Shown piece after piece: positions 13,699 through 26,379 of a stretch of DNA of 64,000 nt (position 1 is its first letter; each line of letters starts with the position of its first letter). This DNA comes from Iphione sp. A-MEVVRFRX5. Taxonomy: Eukaryota. The notes beneath the pieces are model-generated. The model was not told the origin of the DNA. It saw nothing but the letters and a program-made list of their open reading frames with translations, and ran no database searches. The position numbers and the translations under genes were made by a program. Location of the stretch: NCBI GenBank assembly GCA_976226885.1, contig OZ320323.1:52514001-52578000 (forward strand). The letters run 5' to 3'.

Positions 13699-16600
13699 CA
13701 TTAAATTCTGGCCATTAGAAGGCAATCTTGGCCCGAGAGGACACCTCTATCGTGCTCTTCACCAGCAGCATGAGGATAGTTGTAGTTGTACTTTGACCTA
13801 AGGTGTTGTAGGCTATCATTATGAGGATTTTTATGTGTGAGGTGATCTGTCCACTGATTTTTACCTGACGTAAGTGACCGCAGTCTTTCAGCCACTCAGC
13901 AAGCCAGGACACGCCGAGGTCAGTTAAACTGCTGCATCCGCTGAAGTCCACCAATTCCACATTGGACACGACCTTTGCAGAAAATGTAATATTTACTGAC
14001 TGAACAAAATATACACGAGACTGAAATTTCGACTGGTTGAATGTGCACCTTTCATTAGAATGTATGATTTTATCTATTTAATGTCTTATAATTCATTGAT
14101 CACTTTTTTTTGATTGACAGTTGAGTGTTAGCCAGTCACAGGGCATCCTGCAAAAAGTGTGGGAATTTGCACCATATACAAAGCTGTATAGCATTGAAGT
14201 CAATAAGAAGATTACATATTTCTGTCAATATTACAGACAGAATTTGTTCCTTTTAGGAAAATAAAGGAGACATATTAACAATGATTCACAGTTACTATTG
14301 TATTTTTGGTCGAATAATTCCTAAGTTTCAAGGGCTCAAATTGAGTCTTTTAAAAAACCTAGGGAGGCAGCTGGATGTCTATGCTGGAAGCATATAGCTA
14401 TGACACTTGGCAGTGGGAGAAGTTATCACCCGGAAAGCAATCAGTGAATTAAAAATATTCATCTCAATGTAAAGAAGAGTTGTCTAGTTATACGATGGGT
14501 CTCTAGTTTTGAGACACGATAAAGAACTAACTGGTTGTATTAGAAAACTAAATCCAAAATTAGAGGAAGAAGCCCTCTCAGCTAACTGATCATCTAACCT
14601 ATATTCACATATATGCCAAACAAGGAGTTACATTGGCTCCTGATCTCGGTACAGGCATGCTGCACCTCTGGTCACCCAGTCAACATAACAGAAGTGGGGG
14701 ACAACAGGGTGACGTTTCCCTATAATGGGATATATCTGCTGTCAACTGTCATTCACATTGTAAAATTTTTGCTTTATTTGTCTCTTCTGAATAAAGACTC
14801 AAAATGTGTATAATCACAAACCTATGTGTTTGATGTCATCCCTTCAATATACATATATCTGAATGGGTTCGTTTGATGAAATTTTGTCCGCACAGTCAGT
14901 GAACTAAAATATTAATCTATATATCCTTTGCAAAGTATTTCCTTAGAAAAACAGCCGTATCAATAAAATCTGTGTACAAATCACATTTTTACGAATTTAC
15001 TCTGGAGAAATCGAGTCCAGACTACTTATTACATAAACAATATTTTAACTACTAGAATAGACATCTTTATTGTGAGGAAATCCTCTAGGCTAACTTACCA
15101 GGTACTTATTCGTCATGAGGAATTGGATGAAATTGTCATCAACAAATCCGTCATTGTGAAAATCAATTTTACGGACTTCTGGAGGAAACTTGGCAGTCGC
15201 CTACATACAGCAATATAAAAAGAAGACCTTCAGATATAACAGTGTGGAGCTGCGGGGTCAATTCCTCTTCATCCCCCCCCCCCATCTAGTGACAATCAAT
15301 CAACACACCAGGCTGGAGGTGGGGAAGGGGGGGGAGGAGGGAATCTCTAACTTGAATGCACCTTCCTTGGTCAGACTGCTATAAGATGGTACTGGCAGAA
15401 GGGAGGTATCAGTGAGTGTGCATGTGTACATGCGAGTGCATTATCAGACAGAGAAATCCCCAAACCAGGTATGTATGTTTGTGGATATGTTAGCAAAGGA
15501 GTAAATTGGTATAATTCCACCTTTAGAATACTTGAATTACTATTCAAATTACCAAGTGCCACTGGTCCATATACGTAAGTATCATATATCAAAATGAGTA
15601 TATTTGACTGACTGGTTTCTGAGTTATTAGGCTCACAAGAGTGTGACAGAAGGTTGCACAGTCAGCTGGCAGCATTCCTATAGTCTCCCTCTAGGAGGCA
15701 GGGGACAAAACAACTGCTTCTATGGACTGCAAGGTGTATAAGGTGCCACCCAGGACTTGTCCTGGTCCTGGAGGGGCCAAGTGAAATCATCAACACATCC
15801 GTCACTGAGAAAATCTACTTTACGAAGCTCTTCAGGAAACCTGGCAGCCGCCTACATAGATCGATATAAAGGCCTTTCAGACGAAAACTACCTACACATG
15901 TACATGTATATGAGCTTAACGGTGTGTAAGGCGGCACCGTGGACTTGTACAGGTCTTCAAGTGGGCGAGTGAACCCTAATCAGTGCAAGCTTCTCCATAT
16001 ACCGAATATTCTGAAGTCATATTTTATTATGATGTGTTACGGGAAAAGAATGGTTCCAAGAATAATGAAGGAATCAATCCTAAATGAAGTCAATGCTTAG
16101 CACGCACCTGGAGAAGTAGAATTAATGGCCCTAGGCCACATAGTGCAAGAGGAGATGATCAACACACAGTGGTCTAAAACGGACCTGGCACTGACTCAGA
16201 GTAACGCAGAGTGGCTCAAATGAGCTAGTTTAAATGGTAGTATTAGGTACTGACGATGACAGCGACATTAACAACAAAGGCAGACTTAAATCGGTGTAAA
16301 ATGGGAGCGCACCCAGGATCGACTGGAATAACAACCATCCTCGATGACCCGCTTGCGGTTAAAATTGTCCGGTCCAAGTGTTACTGGAAAACATGAGAAA
16401 CGTATTTCTTACCGGTTGCAATCAGGACTGCCCCCCCCCCAAAAAAATACAATTCTATCACATACTTCGACTACTGAAACAATAGTTTCTTATTAGAATC
16501 CAAATAAACATTAAAAACTGATAAAATATATTTTTAAAAAACATGATTAATCGCATTAAGGACAAATATGTCAAAGGGTATAGCGCAAATCACTTCCTGT

Positions 16601-19600
16601 CTTGAAGTAGTTTTTCTCACATGGCAATTAAACTCTGCCATGTAAAATACATCATTACTAGGCACCCTTTTAATCATGCAACATCACTAGGCACCCTTTT
16701 AATCATGCAACATTACTAGGCACCCTTTTGATAATACAACATTACTAGGCACCGTTTTAATGAGTCTACCTTCAGCAGAATATGCAGCTTGGTCGTCAGC
16801 AGATTCTTCTTCTTCTTTCTTTGGCAGCACCAACTTTCCACCATTGAAGAACTTCACCACAATGTCATTTCCTGCTCATGTTTGGCAGGGAAAACATGTA
16901 AAATACTTCAAGATATATCAATATTAAGGATGATATACTTTAAGAAAATTGAGAACGCTGCTATCGTTTAAATGTACAAGTACATATTAAATTGATTCTG
17001 TCTTGCTGATGATATTCTACAGCTTTAATCACTTTTATACATCTTTTATATAATTTTTATACATCTTGTTAAGCAGATGATTTCATTACAAAACTCTACA
17101 ATTTCCTGGGTGGTTTGCTCGTGTAAGACGAAGTACATGCTGCAGTCTAAAACCTCTTACCTGGGCGCTGCTCTTTAGCTGGCTGGTTTGCTGTATATTT
17201 GAAACGAGAATAACAGTTTTTTATGGTCTAAGAGAGACATAAACTGCAGAATGTGGGCTAGTGATTTCCTGAATTAGCGGATCACAAGTAAAAGCCGGAA
17301 TCACGAAATTGCCGATAAACTGCCGACTTATCATACGAATGTGTTTTAAACGTTAGAATGTGCCCTCTTCTTCCCGGAGAATACTCCCGGTACACTTTAT
17401 TAACGCTTGTCATCTTACACCAAGGCAAACAAGAAGGTGTACAATTTATGTTAAGCAAGGATGTTATTATTAAAAAGCAAAAGAAACGACGGTTTCTACC
17501 AAGATATGGATATACTCACATGGAGCCTGTCCTGGTGTTGCTGCCTGATTTGTCTCTACAATTAATCAAAACATCCATATTACACGCGATGTAAATGCAC
17601 GTGTGCGCCGCATGTAACTTTACTATGAGCGATGTAGCACAGAGATCAATTACCTTATTTTCATTTTGGAAAGGAACGACAAAAACGCTGAGTTTTGACG
17701 AGTTACCACTTTCTTTGTTACAACAGCTAGAGCTTCCAGTCCTCTGCCAGTTGTCTTGTCACAACATGTTTTTTTTCTTTCAACTCCAAGTTGTGCTAAA
17801 TTGTCGAGGATCCACCTACTGGTGCCCAAACTGCGACTTGTCACCAACATGCCATCTCATCACTGTGGGCTGGGTTATACTTACGTCCCGCTTGCAGTTG
17901 CTGGGCCAGAAGTTCACCGAATGGGTTATTCTCTCCTGCAGGTAAAGTGCCTATAAGTTAGTTGTGTAAGTATACGTATTGCATAAATCATATGCAAATC
18001 AGGGTATGATTCATTTTAATAGTATATAATGCGATTATTTGTACAATGCTCCATAACAGTGAATTGATTGACAGTTATTATTTCCACATCTGATTAAACA
18101 AGAATGTGGACCTGCCAGGTTTATGGTCCTCTGCTGTCAAGTGGCGATCAAAGAGACATGACTGGGCAGAGGGGTTGTTCGGGGGGGGGACTGGTATGCA
18201 GTATTGGTTGGGATGAGAATCTAGACTGCAACTTCCTTAGCCAAACTGCTACAAGGTGGTACTGGCAGGAGGGACGTACTGGTGAGTGTGTGTGCATATG
18301 AGTGTATTGTCAGACCTAGAAATCATCAAACTAAGTATGTATATTTGTGGGTTTGTTAGTACAAGAGTAAATTGGTATAATTTCACCTTGAAAATACTTG
18401 AATTTATACTAAAATTACCCAGTGCTATGAGTTTATGTACATAAGTATCATATATCAAAATTAGTTCATTTGATTGAAGGGTTTGAGAGATATAAGGCCC
18501 ACAAGAGTGTGATAGAAAGTCAGACACTCAGCATTCCTTAGCCCCCCCACCCCTTCTCTCTATGAGGTGGGGAACAACAAGGGCCTATGATATCTATCGT
18601 CTCCCGCTTGCTGCTCAATCAAGTGGAACTAAAAGTTACTGCTTGGGTGAGCATATATACAGCTGAACATTCTCTTTTATACTCATGTGTGTATGTGTGT
18701 CAGTGGATTGGCAGACCCATATATCCCCAAGCTAGGTATGTATGCTTGTAGGTGTGTTAGTAAAAAAGTAAAATGACCTAATTTTAAACTTAGAATACTT
18801 TATTACCAAAATTACCCAGTTCCATAAGTTTATATACATGAGTATCATATACCAAAATTAGTTGATTTGACTGAAGTATTTTAGAGTTATGAGACCCACA
18901 AGACTGTGATAAAAGGTTGGATGGTCGGACAGCAGTATTCAAAAGGTCTCCCTGTCTCTATGAGGAGGGAACAACAAGGTACAGTTGAACCTCGTATAGA
19001 AGACTACCATTGGGACTGGAGCATTCTGTCTCTGCCAGTGGTTAGGTCTTCCCTGGACTAGAGGGTTTGGGTATCTCCCAATGGTTGGTCTCCCTTGGGG
19101 TGGGGTGGGGGTTTAGAACCATGAAATTCCATTGTCCAACTATAACCAACCATCGTCTACTATAAATGATGCATTCCTTTCTCAGTAAAGATGACAAAAC
19201 CGTTGTCAATGAGGAAAGGAACAAGATTCTGCACCAGTAACTAGGCCGGCATCGTCAGTATTGGTGAAGGATGAGAAAGCCTAGACATGTTCATTTTAAG
19301 GTTATGATTGAAACATTTGACAACGAAGTAAATCTCAGTTACCCCATAGTTGCATATTAAAGCTATTTAATTTTACCTCCTAGTTGCATAATGTAGCTCA
19401 AGTAAGTTCTACCCTAGCTGGCCCCACCATCTCATGTCCTCTGATTTATGTCAAATCCATGGAGGCTAAACCATAGTATGTGAGTATCACCCCTACATTA
19501 GACTTTCTTACCCCTTACTGCACAAGCTGCACAGGAGAGAACCCACATACAACACCAACAACACTCGCTACCACTGAAAGAGTCTACCCTACAGTCAAAG

Positions 19601-19923
19601 CTTTGGGCCCTACATGGAACAAAGCAAAGCACGATCTACACAACCTGGTCTCCAAGGAATTTTGGTGTACCTGACTCCCCAATACTGAAAATAGTTAAAA
19701 GTGACGAGGCAGAGTGAAAAGGTGAAGAACAATATGCATACTGTGCTAACGGACCAGAAGTAAGTGACATTTGAGGAATGATGCCTATCTGCAACTGTTC
19801 TTTTTCTGTATGATAATTATGTTGACATTCACACTCACCTTGAACAAGTCCACCCAACATACCACCGAACATATTCCCAATGCTCTGCCCAAAGCTTGTC
19901 ATGGGGTTATTGTTGTTAGCCAT
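864..19923 (-). CDS. Multi-exon gene: LRR + degenerate Roc/COR-like region + C-terminal TIR-like domain (3' end unresolved)
   Basis: A GT-AG exon chain is phase-consistent and stop-free from ATG 19923 (aagATGg): 19839-19923, 17885-17935, 17161-17190, 16770-16871, 15938-15975, 15750-15851, 15099-15200, 13865-13972, 13063-13226, 11462-11516, 11038-11107, 9468-9649, 8205-8327, 7622-7773, 7266-7306, 5998-6173. It is unresolved from 5997 to 2982 (candidate exon 3675-3745). It resumes phase-consistently at 2781-2981, 1697-1814, 1180-1353, 864-932. Some splice sites are weak, so individual exons may be wrong. Confidence 0.7.
3051..3281. mobile_element. Fold-back MITE-like element with ~70-bp inverted arms
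   Basis: 3051-3120 (agtagattacatgaatttaccagtgaaatgtgg...agacacaggtgtct) is the near reverse complement of ~3208-3281. Related arms occur at ~9070-9230, 11213-11375, 11545-11580 and 12045-12205. Confidence 0.7.
6824..7244. repeat. Minisatellite, ~11 x 38 bp
   Basis: The unit acatttgtctatgagacgaccggttagaggacatggtg is repeated head-to-tail with two variants (acgaccggtt / atgaccagat) and no spacers. Confidence 0.95.
8471..8670. repeat. Degenerate ~28-bp tandem repeat built on palindromic AGTACT
   Basis: Recurrent gagtactctagatggaccactcagggt-like units, about 7 copies. Confidence 0.75.
9820..10140. repeat. Dispersed ~320-350-bp repeat family (SINE/MITE-like), copy 1 of 4
   Basis: Shares the blocks tgcaccttccttggtca...tgttagca...ataatttcacct.tagaatacttgaatt...atcatatatcaaaat with ~15350-15700, ~18225-18580 and ~18690-18980. 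Confidence 0.75.
10595..10890. mobile_element. PIF/Harbinger-like MITE
   Basis: TIRs ggcctagaaaa...ttttctaggcc (extending to the ...gtttccag / ctggaaac... arms), flanked on both sides by TAA (10592-10594, 10891-10893). Confidence 0.75.
13063..13972 (-). CDS. LRR-encoding exons (cysteine-containing/F-box-type LRR) of the minus-strand gene
   Basis: Exons 13865-13972 and 13063-13226 join in phase 0 to give VELVDFSGCSSLTDLGVSWLAEWLKDCGHLRQ|IHLSGCVQVTDLGAASFQQMSSLPRLFLLGTSVSALPDALW. This repeats the LxxLxLSGCxxLTDxG pattern. Confidence 0.85.
13662..13696. repeat. (TA)n microsatellite
   Basis: About 17 uninterrupted TA units. Confidence 0.95.
15350..15700. repeat. Dispersed repeat family, copy 2 (in the intron between the duplicated exons)
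   Basis: Aligns by eye with 9820-10140 and 18225-18580. Confidence 0.75.
16650..16760. repeat. ~29-bp tandem repeat x4
   Basis: cattactaggcacccttttaatcatgcaa repeated four times with decay. Confidence 0.85.
18225..18980. repeat. Dispersed repeat family, copies 3 and 4 in tandem
   Basis: Two successive copies (~18225-18580 and ~18690-18980) of the same motif blocks. Confidence 0.7.
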
Positions 19924-22900
19924 CTTGATCCTGCTGTCTTTGGGCTGCCGGGAGAACCCCGCAGCCAACCGGAATAGTGGAGGGATCTAACTGCAAGAAT
20001 GTAAAAGAAAGATTATAAATTCAAGATACAACTCACCAAGATATGACACATGCATGTATAAGGCTGTATTTAAACACTGCTCAAACTGAACAATTATGGT
20101 CACTATAAACATTTTTGTTGCCTACACTGAGAGGTTATTTTGGGATAGTTTTAATTCTCTGCGTGTGTAGGGTTCTCTCTCTCCCTCCTCCCACTCTTGT
20201 ACATGTACATATTGTAACGACTGCCACAATCATGTATTCTCATTTTCGGCACAGATGATCATTTCATCTTCAATGACTATGGTGTTGTTCCCTGTATCAT
20301 CTAGTTCAAGACAAATGAGTTTATAAAAAAGAATAAAGTATTTATCGCTTAAAATGGAGTCATTCTTGTGCTAAAATATATGCGCGTGGTAAATTTAATC
20401 ACTTTTGTCTTTTATACTATCATAAGCCCACTATTATTCACATATTTTAGTATTTACAGTGAATGGTTCTATTTAAATACACAACTAGAGAACAATGGGC
20501 ACAGTGATCGAAGCATGGTGACACCGGTCCGAACAAGCCCATAGTGGTCCGCAGAACATGTTGTTTGGACCATCTAATGCCCATACAGAACACGGTTATT
20601 ATCCTAGCATAAGAGTATAATAAATATATAATCAATATGTCTTTGAGAAATTGGTAATAAAGATCAGTAAACAGAAACAACTTATTAAGAGATGACGTGT
20701 AAAAGACTGTGGTGAGACGTGGCTGGGTCTTTCCTGTGTGACGCTGCCATGAAAAATGAGGCTTGAAACATCAAACCTTCCATTCATAACGGGTTGTAAT
20801 AGGGCACCTGCTCCTCTGATTGTAACTTGGGACATCATAGGAACTGTTCCTAGGTTTTGATGAACAGTCATATTATTTAGCTCACAGCACAGAATATCAA
20901 TATACAAAATGACATTTATCAGACGGCTTTGAAAACATCTTTTCAAGCATTACCTTTCTAAACAGTTTATATACAGTACATGTACTAATTTCCCCATGAT
21001 TACTAATGAGGATGATGCCCACCCCGCCACTATTTCTTCACAGTATGGCCTCAATTTGGCTTCACGCCAACTTGACATGTGGGTTAATATCGTTGTTATG
21101 CCCTTATTTTGATATGACTGACAAATGCATCATTATTGTCCACAGAGACTTTTTAAGATTTTGATGAGGCAAAAGACCGAACAAGAAGACATCTTAAACC
21201 ATATGTGGCAGCCATTATAATCAGCCCTGTATTGGACAGTAGTTTGGAGCTATTGGATCCAATTGAACTCAATCCACCTCTCAGGTATTTGGCTCTAGTG
21301 CTTTCGGGTTGCCCATGTATGAAATCTAGTGTATCTCCACAACCTGGATCCCGGTGTGATGGTGGCTCAGAAAGCGCTGTGTTACCATGGATCCTTTTAA
21401 GGGTCCCCACTCTAATTTCATTTTAAATTTTCCTGTGTTTTCCTTGTGCCATGGCAGTTTTCCCTGTATTGTTTTCCATACAACTTTACATAACAGGGCT
21501 TTGATTTATCAAATTATAATCAAAGTTCTCTGTATGTAATATGTATCTTTTTTGTATTATATGTTGTATCTTGTGTCAGGTACAGGACTGTGACAATTAA
21601 ACTCTAAATTCTTTCATACCCTCAGTTTCATTATTTAGGCTCACTCCAGTATAAACAGATAATTATGCTGTTATAAAGCCAAAGTTACTAACTCTGATTG
21701 GATTATAATATGTGACTGATGGAAGTTTTGCACTTTAATATGAATTTTGGGGCATGTATTCAATCCTCAGATGTAAAGTATGGCCTCAACCCTCACATTA
21801 TAGCCATCCTCAGTCCACCGTTCATATCAGGGTTAGTATAGATTAAGGAAATATCAAAGAATTTTTATTGTTATTTGACTTCTCTTTATTGTAGAATTTA
21901 TATCAAAGTCACAATTATTTGAGAGTTTATACTCCAACAGATTAAAGGTATCTTCAATATTTTAATACAGTATGGATCAAGTACCTGCCATCATTTGATC
22001 ATACTTAACCTAGTATTTACCTCTTTATCTCCAGCACTTAAGTATGTCAAGAAAGAGGCTGACTTGAAGCTAACTTCAGCTAGAGAACTATGCAATATTC
22101 TCAAGCCTTGTCTTTGGTTTGGCTTACACATACAGTGGAATGCCAGTTTGTGACCACCCCTCCATTCCAATTTCAAGTGATGACATTAGTGGTTTTGGTC
22201 ACATACAGGTCTAAGCTCAAGTATCCCTTGAATAATGTACCGAAGACATGCTGTATGAAGATATTGAAATATCTATTCATTTGTTATAGCTTTTTGGCCA
22301 AATTTGCATGAATTTTGCTGTTTTTGGCTAAATTTGTATGAACTTCACAGTTGTGGTAACACCTATACTCGCACACAAAAAACAAAAATTCCCTTGAACT
22401 CTTTGTGCTTGGACATCGGAAGGGTCCCACTAACACCCCTGATCAAATTATGATATTGAAATAGTATGAAAAAGACCCTTATATGTGTGGCTGCAAGCTG
22501 GTTTGGTTGTAAATCAGTCTATCCAGAAAGTGATAGACACTGCCATCAACATGTAATACACACTGAAAATGTATTAGAACTCCTCCTCTCCCTTGATGCA
22601 TACATAATTAATAGAAGGCCAATAGCTATGAACACATGAAAAGGTTTCTGTAATTCCAGTAAACACCTAGTAGCCAAAATGCCTTTCCAAAGGTAAGTTT
22701 ACTTCAGTTTAAATTCAAAGTTTCACTAATAAAAGCATCACAATATCAATATTGCAAGTGGTGATTCTTCCTCAGTTACCATAGCTTCCATCTACACAAT
22801 TGTTTATGAACTTGTCTTTAATTTTGTCTTCCTGAATATCAGGTTGGTTCCAAATATAAATTGTAGAAAATTCATATCTTGCCCTCTACAGTGACTAGAA

Positions 22901-25189
22901 ACAGAAACTGGTCTGAGCTGGTATTACTGGTCTCATATACCAACCTGTCTCTGTATGTAGATGGTGACTGCTAATGCTCAATCTCACAAAGAAACACTTT
23001 ACAGAAGTTACCTGTTTTTCAAAGGTTGGGTGCTTTTTTATGTAACATGTATACACTCACAGCTTCTTGTAATTAGACCTGGCAAGAATGGATGTACACT
23101 AGTGACCAGTTGCTGTTTATTATGTGTACAACGGGGATCACTTTGACCCACCATGAATCGAGCTATTGACCGTAATTTTGCTTAACCTGAAAGGGATGGT
23201 TCCATCCGTTTCTCCAGGTATTCTATGTACAGCGTGTTCAAGTGTATTTGTATTGTGTCAATACCCAAAGTGAGACTGACTATTTAATGTGAGACGAACA
23301 CCTTCGGCACATGCGGTGTATGCATGCTTGGGGGAGCGGGGGATTAGAGATGGGGGGAGCACGTGCACATACACACACACACACAAACACTCAATCTTTC
23401 CAACCCTGCCGCCCACTCTCCAGCAGGGTTTAGTTTGCATGTACCAGAGTTCTGAAATAGTATTTCTACTCAGTGTTTAGAAAGTAGGGCCACACATGCC
23501 ATATGCTTTTTAAGATTGAGCATTTTGCATAAAAATTGATGAATAACCATCCTTCTTTTGCCTTATAATATCCTTATGGTTCAATCACTACAAAAAATAA
23601 TGTACCTTTCTAAAATAACATCACTGTGAGGTGAGAAATCCGTGCCAGACCTATTTTCGGGCAAGGTTTTATATAGGTAGTGTAATTAGCGAGCAGGTTT
23701 GAGGGGAAAAGGCTCAAATGCAAGTTGCAGTTGAGTTGGCTGCCCTACATGACACTGATAAAAATATTCCTCCTTATAGTTGCATGTACGCCCCTCAAGC
23801 CTGCAAACTAGTCTCGCTGTGAGATACTCACATATCAACTTTTGTGATTGAAAGTTAACAACAATGAAGTCTCTACGCTGTGAATGTAAACATGGATCAG
23901 TGCCACTGTCAGTACTTTTATCCAGTACTTCCATGCATGCAGGCTAGGTATGGAGCCACATACAAATCCAGATTGACCACATTACCATTCTGTCCAGAAC
24001 CACATGCACATCCAGAGTGCCCATATACATTGTACATTACCATTTTGTCCGGACCCATGTGCAGATCCATACAACCTATGTACATGGGTATACCCATGTA
24101 CATATTGAGATTGTATTAACCACATGTGTACATCCCACGTATATTTACCCCTTATTTACATGCATGTCATACTCGAGATCAGCACATTTGCACAGATTCC
24201 TATGAGTGCAACTCCAGAACTGGCACATTTCTGGAATGGCACTGCAGTATTTAGGAATGGTACTGCATGTTTGAAGAATTTGTATGCCACTGGGCCCTTC
24301 CAGAATCGCACACACTGCTGAGCTTGCATAATTCCAGAATTGTGCTGCCCTATCTGGAGGACAGGATGTGGGGGGGTAAAGTCACAAAAATTTGTAAGGA
24401 AAGTCCCAAAAATTGCTTAGATTTAGTTTTGATAGATTGGATAATTGGATAATTGGCAAAAATCAAGTGTACAGAGCAACACATCTAAATCTGTAAGGAA
24501 GGATGTGTGTGTCTGTATGTGGATATCATGTCAAAATTCTACCTCATTTCATATTGAGTACAAAATGTCAAAAAAATCCAATTCAAAAACTTTGCAAAAA
24601 AAATTAAAACTTTCACACATTGGTCTCATATCCAACTATGACCTGTCTCACACACAAGGCCCTACCCCTGCCTCCTTGTCTGCCTCTGTAGCCTGCTCCT
24701 ATCTATTTTTGTTCTATCCTACATACAGTTGGTTTGATGTTTTGCCCTGTTATACAAGTCCAGAATAGTTGTGCAAACAAGGGGTCAATAAAAAGCCCAA
24801 CGCATTCCACGAATCACACTTAGTCATGTAGATGGTAAGGCATATTGTAGAAATTTAAAGTGCTTTATTACTAAAAGATGGTAGGCATTTGGGCAAACAG
24901 TACATGTTGGCATAGTAGGTTATGCTAAATCTCCACTTAAAAGTGAGATACCGATAACATGAGTAATTTTTAAGTCTTTAATATTTGGTTCATGACTTAG
25001 ACTCTGCAAGAATTTCTTTTTAGGATTTAGAATCTGTATATTCTCTTTCTTATCAAATGATGACTTGTATGATAAACAGATTGTGGACATTTTTGACTAA
25101 GTAATACAGCTACAGATCTAGTCCTCTTGGAGCTTTTATGGATGTGTATGTGCATACAGTGTTTACACCAACCAGAGTGACACTGATGG

Positions 25190-25610
25190 GCACATCCTTA
25201 GATCTACTAACACTGAGGAAGCTGTGAGGGATAGGCTGGCAGAGGTTGGGAGGTCCAGCACGACAATGCTATGCATATCCTTACATCTACCAACACCTGA
25301 GGAAGGTGTGAGGGATAGGCTGGCAGAGGTTGGGAGGTCCAGCACGACAATGCTGTGCACATCCTTACATCTACCAACACCTGAGGAATGTATGAGGGAT
25401 GGACTGTCAGAGGTTGGGAGGTCCAGCACAACAATGCTATACACATCCTTACATCTACCATTACCTGAGGAAGGTGTGAGGAATAGGCTGGCAGAGGTTA
25501 GGAGGTGCAGCATGACAATGCCACGCACATCTTTACATCTACCAACACCTGAGGAATGTATGAGGGATAGGCTGGCAGAGGTGGTGAGGACCAGCACAAC
25601 AGTACCAACA
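25190..25610. repeat. 84-bp tandem repeat x5
   Basis: Unit gggataggctggcagaggttgggaggtccagcacgacaatgct...acacctgaggaaggtgtga. It translates as a 28-aa repeat (RDRLAEVGRSSTTMLCISLHLPTPEEGV) on the + strand. Confidence 0.9.
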
Positions 25611-26379
25611 TAAACATTGAGCTACCATCATATGAGGGAGGTGTATACTGCTGGGTGTGTTAACACTAAACCCAGCAGTGTATAGACTTTCGTGTGAGAG
25701 AGGGAGCAGGGGATATCATTTCCAAGTTTAATCCCCCTACTTTCTGAACTTCAGTGAGAGAGAGTGAGAAGGGGTAATTCGACTACCGATTACATCCCAT
25801 ACAGTGGACACTTTGAGGCCAGTCCCTCTGGTGCAATAAGTAGTTAATGATGACAAGGCAGCTGGTAATAACTTTTATTTCTATCAAGTCCCTTGAAGTC
25901 TTTCCGAGGGTCTTGTCGAGGGTCTCAGTTTGAGTGGGCTTTTCCTTGTTGTATGCACCAATAAGAACACCAGATATGCAAGTAGGATACAAAGCCTGGC
26001 AACCAAATTCAACACTATATTTATTTTGGAGTAAGAAAAATAGTAGAAAACGGATAGATACTCATGCATAGGCCATGGGATCTGCCAACCCTCTGTTCTC
26101 AGTGTTTCCTTTTTCACAGAAATTTAAGGCAAATCCTTCTGTCAAGTGTTTTTTACTGGAATATATTTAATGAGTTCTGACACAGATGAGGAATGTACCT
26201 TCGCTATAAATTATAGAAATCACACTTCCTGTAACCATCCAGTCATATATGGGACTTCATGACAGTAGGCATTAGAGCAAACAGCACATGTTGGAATGAC
26301 AGTGGCAAGAGGGGGCAAGAGAGTGAGGTTGATACTGTGCAATTCACCCTCACTTTAATCAAAAGTCACCTCTCACCTA

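Noticed and set aside
17595-17956. Plus-strand ORFs or exon ending ctgcag|gtaaag
   Set aside because: The same bases are better explained by the minus-strand exon 17885-17935 (GENNPFGELLAQQLQAG), which has canonical sites and a fitting phase.
21159-21283. Isolated plus-strand exon-like segment (DFDEAKDRTRRHLKPYVAAIIISPVLDSSLELLDPIELNPPLR)
   Set aside because: No partner exons or recognisable domain, so it cannot be distinguished from chance.
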